DNA of 64,000 nucleotides from Amoebophrya sp. A120. Lineage: Eukaryota > Protista > Dinoflagellata. Where the stretch lies: positions 3,505,320 to 3,569,319 of the forward strand of contig CAJINV010000004.1 in the NCBI GenBank assembly GCA_905178155.1, given 5' to 3'. How positions within the stretch are numbered: position 1 is the stretch's first letter; the number at the start of each line of letters is the position of its first letter. Below, piece by piece: positions 62,028 to 64,000 of this stretch. The notes under the pieces are model-generated. The model was given only the letters and a program-made list of their open reading frames with translations, ran no database searches and was not told the DNA's origin. A program made the translations under genes and the position numbers.

Positions 62028-63897
62028 ATGTCTTCGTCGCGGCCTCCCTTTTGGGAGGTCACTGACGTGGAGATCGTTCGGAAGGAGGGTAGTTCCACGA
62101 AGGTTGCAGAGGCGGTTATCGAAGCTAGGCCGACCTCGAAATACCCGAATCTATGGGTGTGCTGCAGTTCCCGCGCGGAAGGCAGCAGCAAATTTGACGA
62201 CGTGGAGTTGACCCGGACCATCTTTTTGCTGAAAGACGGGTGTCGGGCTAGTGGGCGCAGTGTGGTACTTCAGTTCAAGCCCACCGGGAAAAAGTTGGTC
62301 AGTTTGAAGGCCACGTTCCTGACGGAGGCCGACGTCAAAGGGTTTTGCACGGTGTGTGGGCTACCGTTCGGGGAGGTTCCGCAGCCAGCAGTGGCGAGCA
62401 ACAAACGAGAAGAGCCAATAAGCAGTGCACCGGCGTGGGCCACGGACCCGATGGAGCGGGCGAAGCGGGCGCGCCTGGAGAAGCCGGTGGTGAAAAGACC
62501 ACCCGATCAGCACGAGTAAGCTGAATGATAAGAAAGCAGCGAATTGCAGCTTCTATACAGACGCGATTATTTTGATGTCGGACACGACGTTAGCTGATAT
62601 CAAACAACTTTGTTCTGTAGAGAGTTTATCACGCATCAAAGCATGTGAGAAGTCATACAAGAGGTTTATCTCACACAACAACAACTACCTAACTCCGCAG
62701 CCCCAGCGTCGTGATGGGTACGAACGCACTGAAAACGAAATCCCTGCCCCAACACCTCGCAATACTCGTGACGCACCCGAACAAGAAGAATTTCGGGCTG
62801 CAGCAGAGCGACAAACCCTACATGCCCCCGACTGACACCGCGTGGCGCACCAAGCGGGACCTCACCACCGCACGCTGGGAGCAACAGATGGCGAAGGTCC
62901 CGGCCCCCAGCTCCCAGTACAAGCGGGACACCCCGGCGCCGAGCTTCACGAATGGCTTGATGAGTCTTTCGAACGCGCCACCGCTCCCCAACGGCACGGG
63001 AACCACGTCTGCCTCGTCGAGCAGCAGCGGTGGCGGTGGCGGCCTCGTGAACCTCGGCAACACCTGCTTCTTCAACGCGGTGTTGCAGTACATCCGCAGC
63101 ATCCCTCTGTTCGAGGAGATTTTGCTCCGTGCGAGGACCGTTGCGAACGGCATAGAAAAAGAACCGGGACTGGAGGGGAAGGGAAAGACAGAAATGAAAG
63201 AGCCTGCCGCTACCACTGCTTCTGCCGATGGCGCCCTTGTTGCTGCGCAAGGAAATAAACATCAAGGCGAAGAAGGTGTTCTTCTTGAGCCGGCAGCGTC
63301 ATCAACCAGCACCATATCCGCAGCTTCACCACCAGAGCACCCGGACGCCTTTCTCTCCCCCGCGAAAGAACCCACGACGAGCAAAACTGCCTGCGACTTG
63401 CGGGCGTTGCCAACGCCGCAACGGACACGGAAGGAGGATGATGAAAATAAAAACGAAGATCACGTCGTGGCAAATAAAGTAAACCTGAATAAACCATCGG
63501 AGACGAGCAGGCTGAATTCCATCGAGATTTACGCACTGTCGGTGAAGGTGTTGGAGGGGTTGAAGAGCAACAGCACGGCGGTGAACCCGGGGGAGCTGCT
63601 GCGGTGCATCAGCAAGAAGAACCCGATGTTTGGGAACCACATGCAGCACGACGCGCACGAGTTTTTCTTGGAATACATCAACCACCTTCACGACGCGCTG
63701 CTAGACCAGGTCCAGGAACTCCCAACGGTGCTTTTCGACAGCGAGGTGTCCCTGCAGCTGGACTGCCGCAGGTGCCACAACTGGCAGAGCGACAACGTGG
63801 AGAAGTTTCGCGACTACAGTCTCGATTTCCTCCCGGCAGGTAGGGCACAGAAGCTGGAGGAATTGCTGGAAGCGTATTTTCAGGACGAGGAGCGCGA
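62028..63897 (+). CDS. Ubiquitin-specific protease (peptidase C19), 5' part; continues past the right edge
   Basis: Exon 62028-62515, a GT-AG intron at 62516-62700 that keeps the frame, then the Cys box GLVNLGNTCFFNAVLQ, MQHDAHEFF, CxxC and DYSLDF. Interrupted by an element starting at 63898. Confidence 0.9.
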
Positions 63898-64000
63898 TAT
63901 TGCAAGGAAAAATCCCCCCTCCCCATATTAAAAACGTATCTGAAAATTTGTGATGCAGATCTGCGGCCACAAATCCTGTCTGTCTTGCTAGAAGGCAAAT

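Overview
Eukaryotic, gene-dense window that most resembles the parasitic dinoflagellate Amoebophrya (Syndiniales); this assignment is inferred from intron architecture, not from a database search. About 80 short elements (mostly 125-375 bp) in at least 11 sequence families interrupt the genes. Their ends follow one pattern, 5'-TAT-N7-AAA(A)...(T)TTT-N7-ATA-3', with a 5-bp direct repeat on each side. Removing an element plus one 5-bp repeat restored the reading frame at nearly every junction I translated by hand, in either element orientation and without GT-AG ends, so they behave as transposon-derived non-canonical introns (introners). Reconstructed genes on the minus strand are a low-complexity protein, a membrane protein, a calpain-like pseudoprotease, two hypothetical proteins, the PP2A scaffold A subunit, an ankyrin-DHHC palmitoyltransferase and a WW-domain protein. 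After a divergent strand-switch region at about 50.7-54.1 kb, the plus strand carries a PLK4-like pseudokinase with a cryptic polo box and a USP deubiquitinase. I also found nested elements, a tandem introner pair, micro-exons and decayed introners. No rRNA, tRNA, CRISPR array or autonomous transposase was seen.
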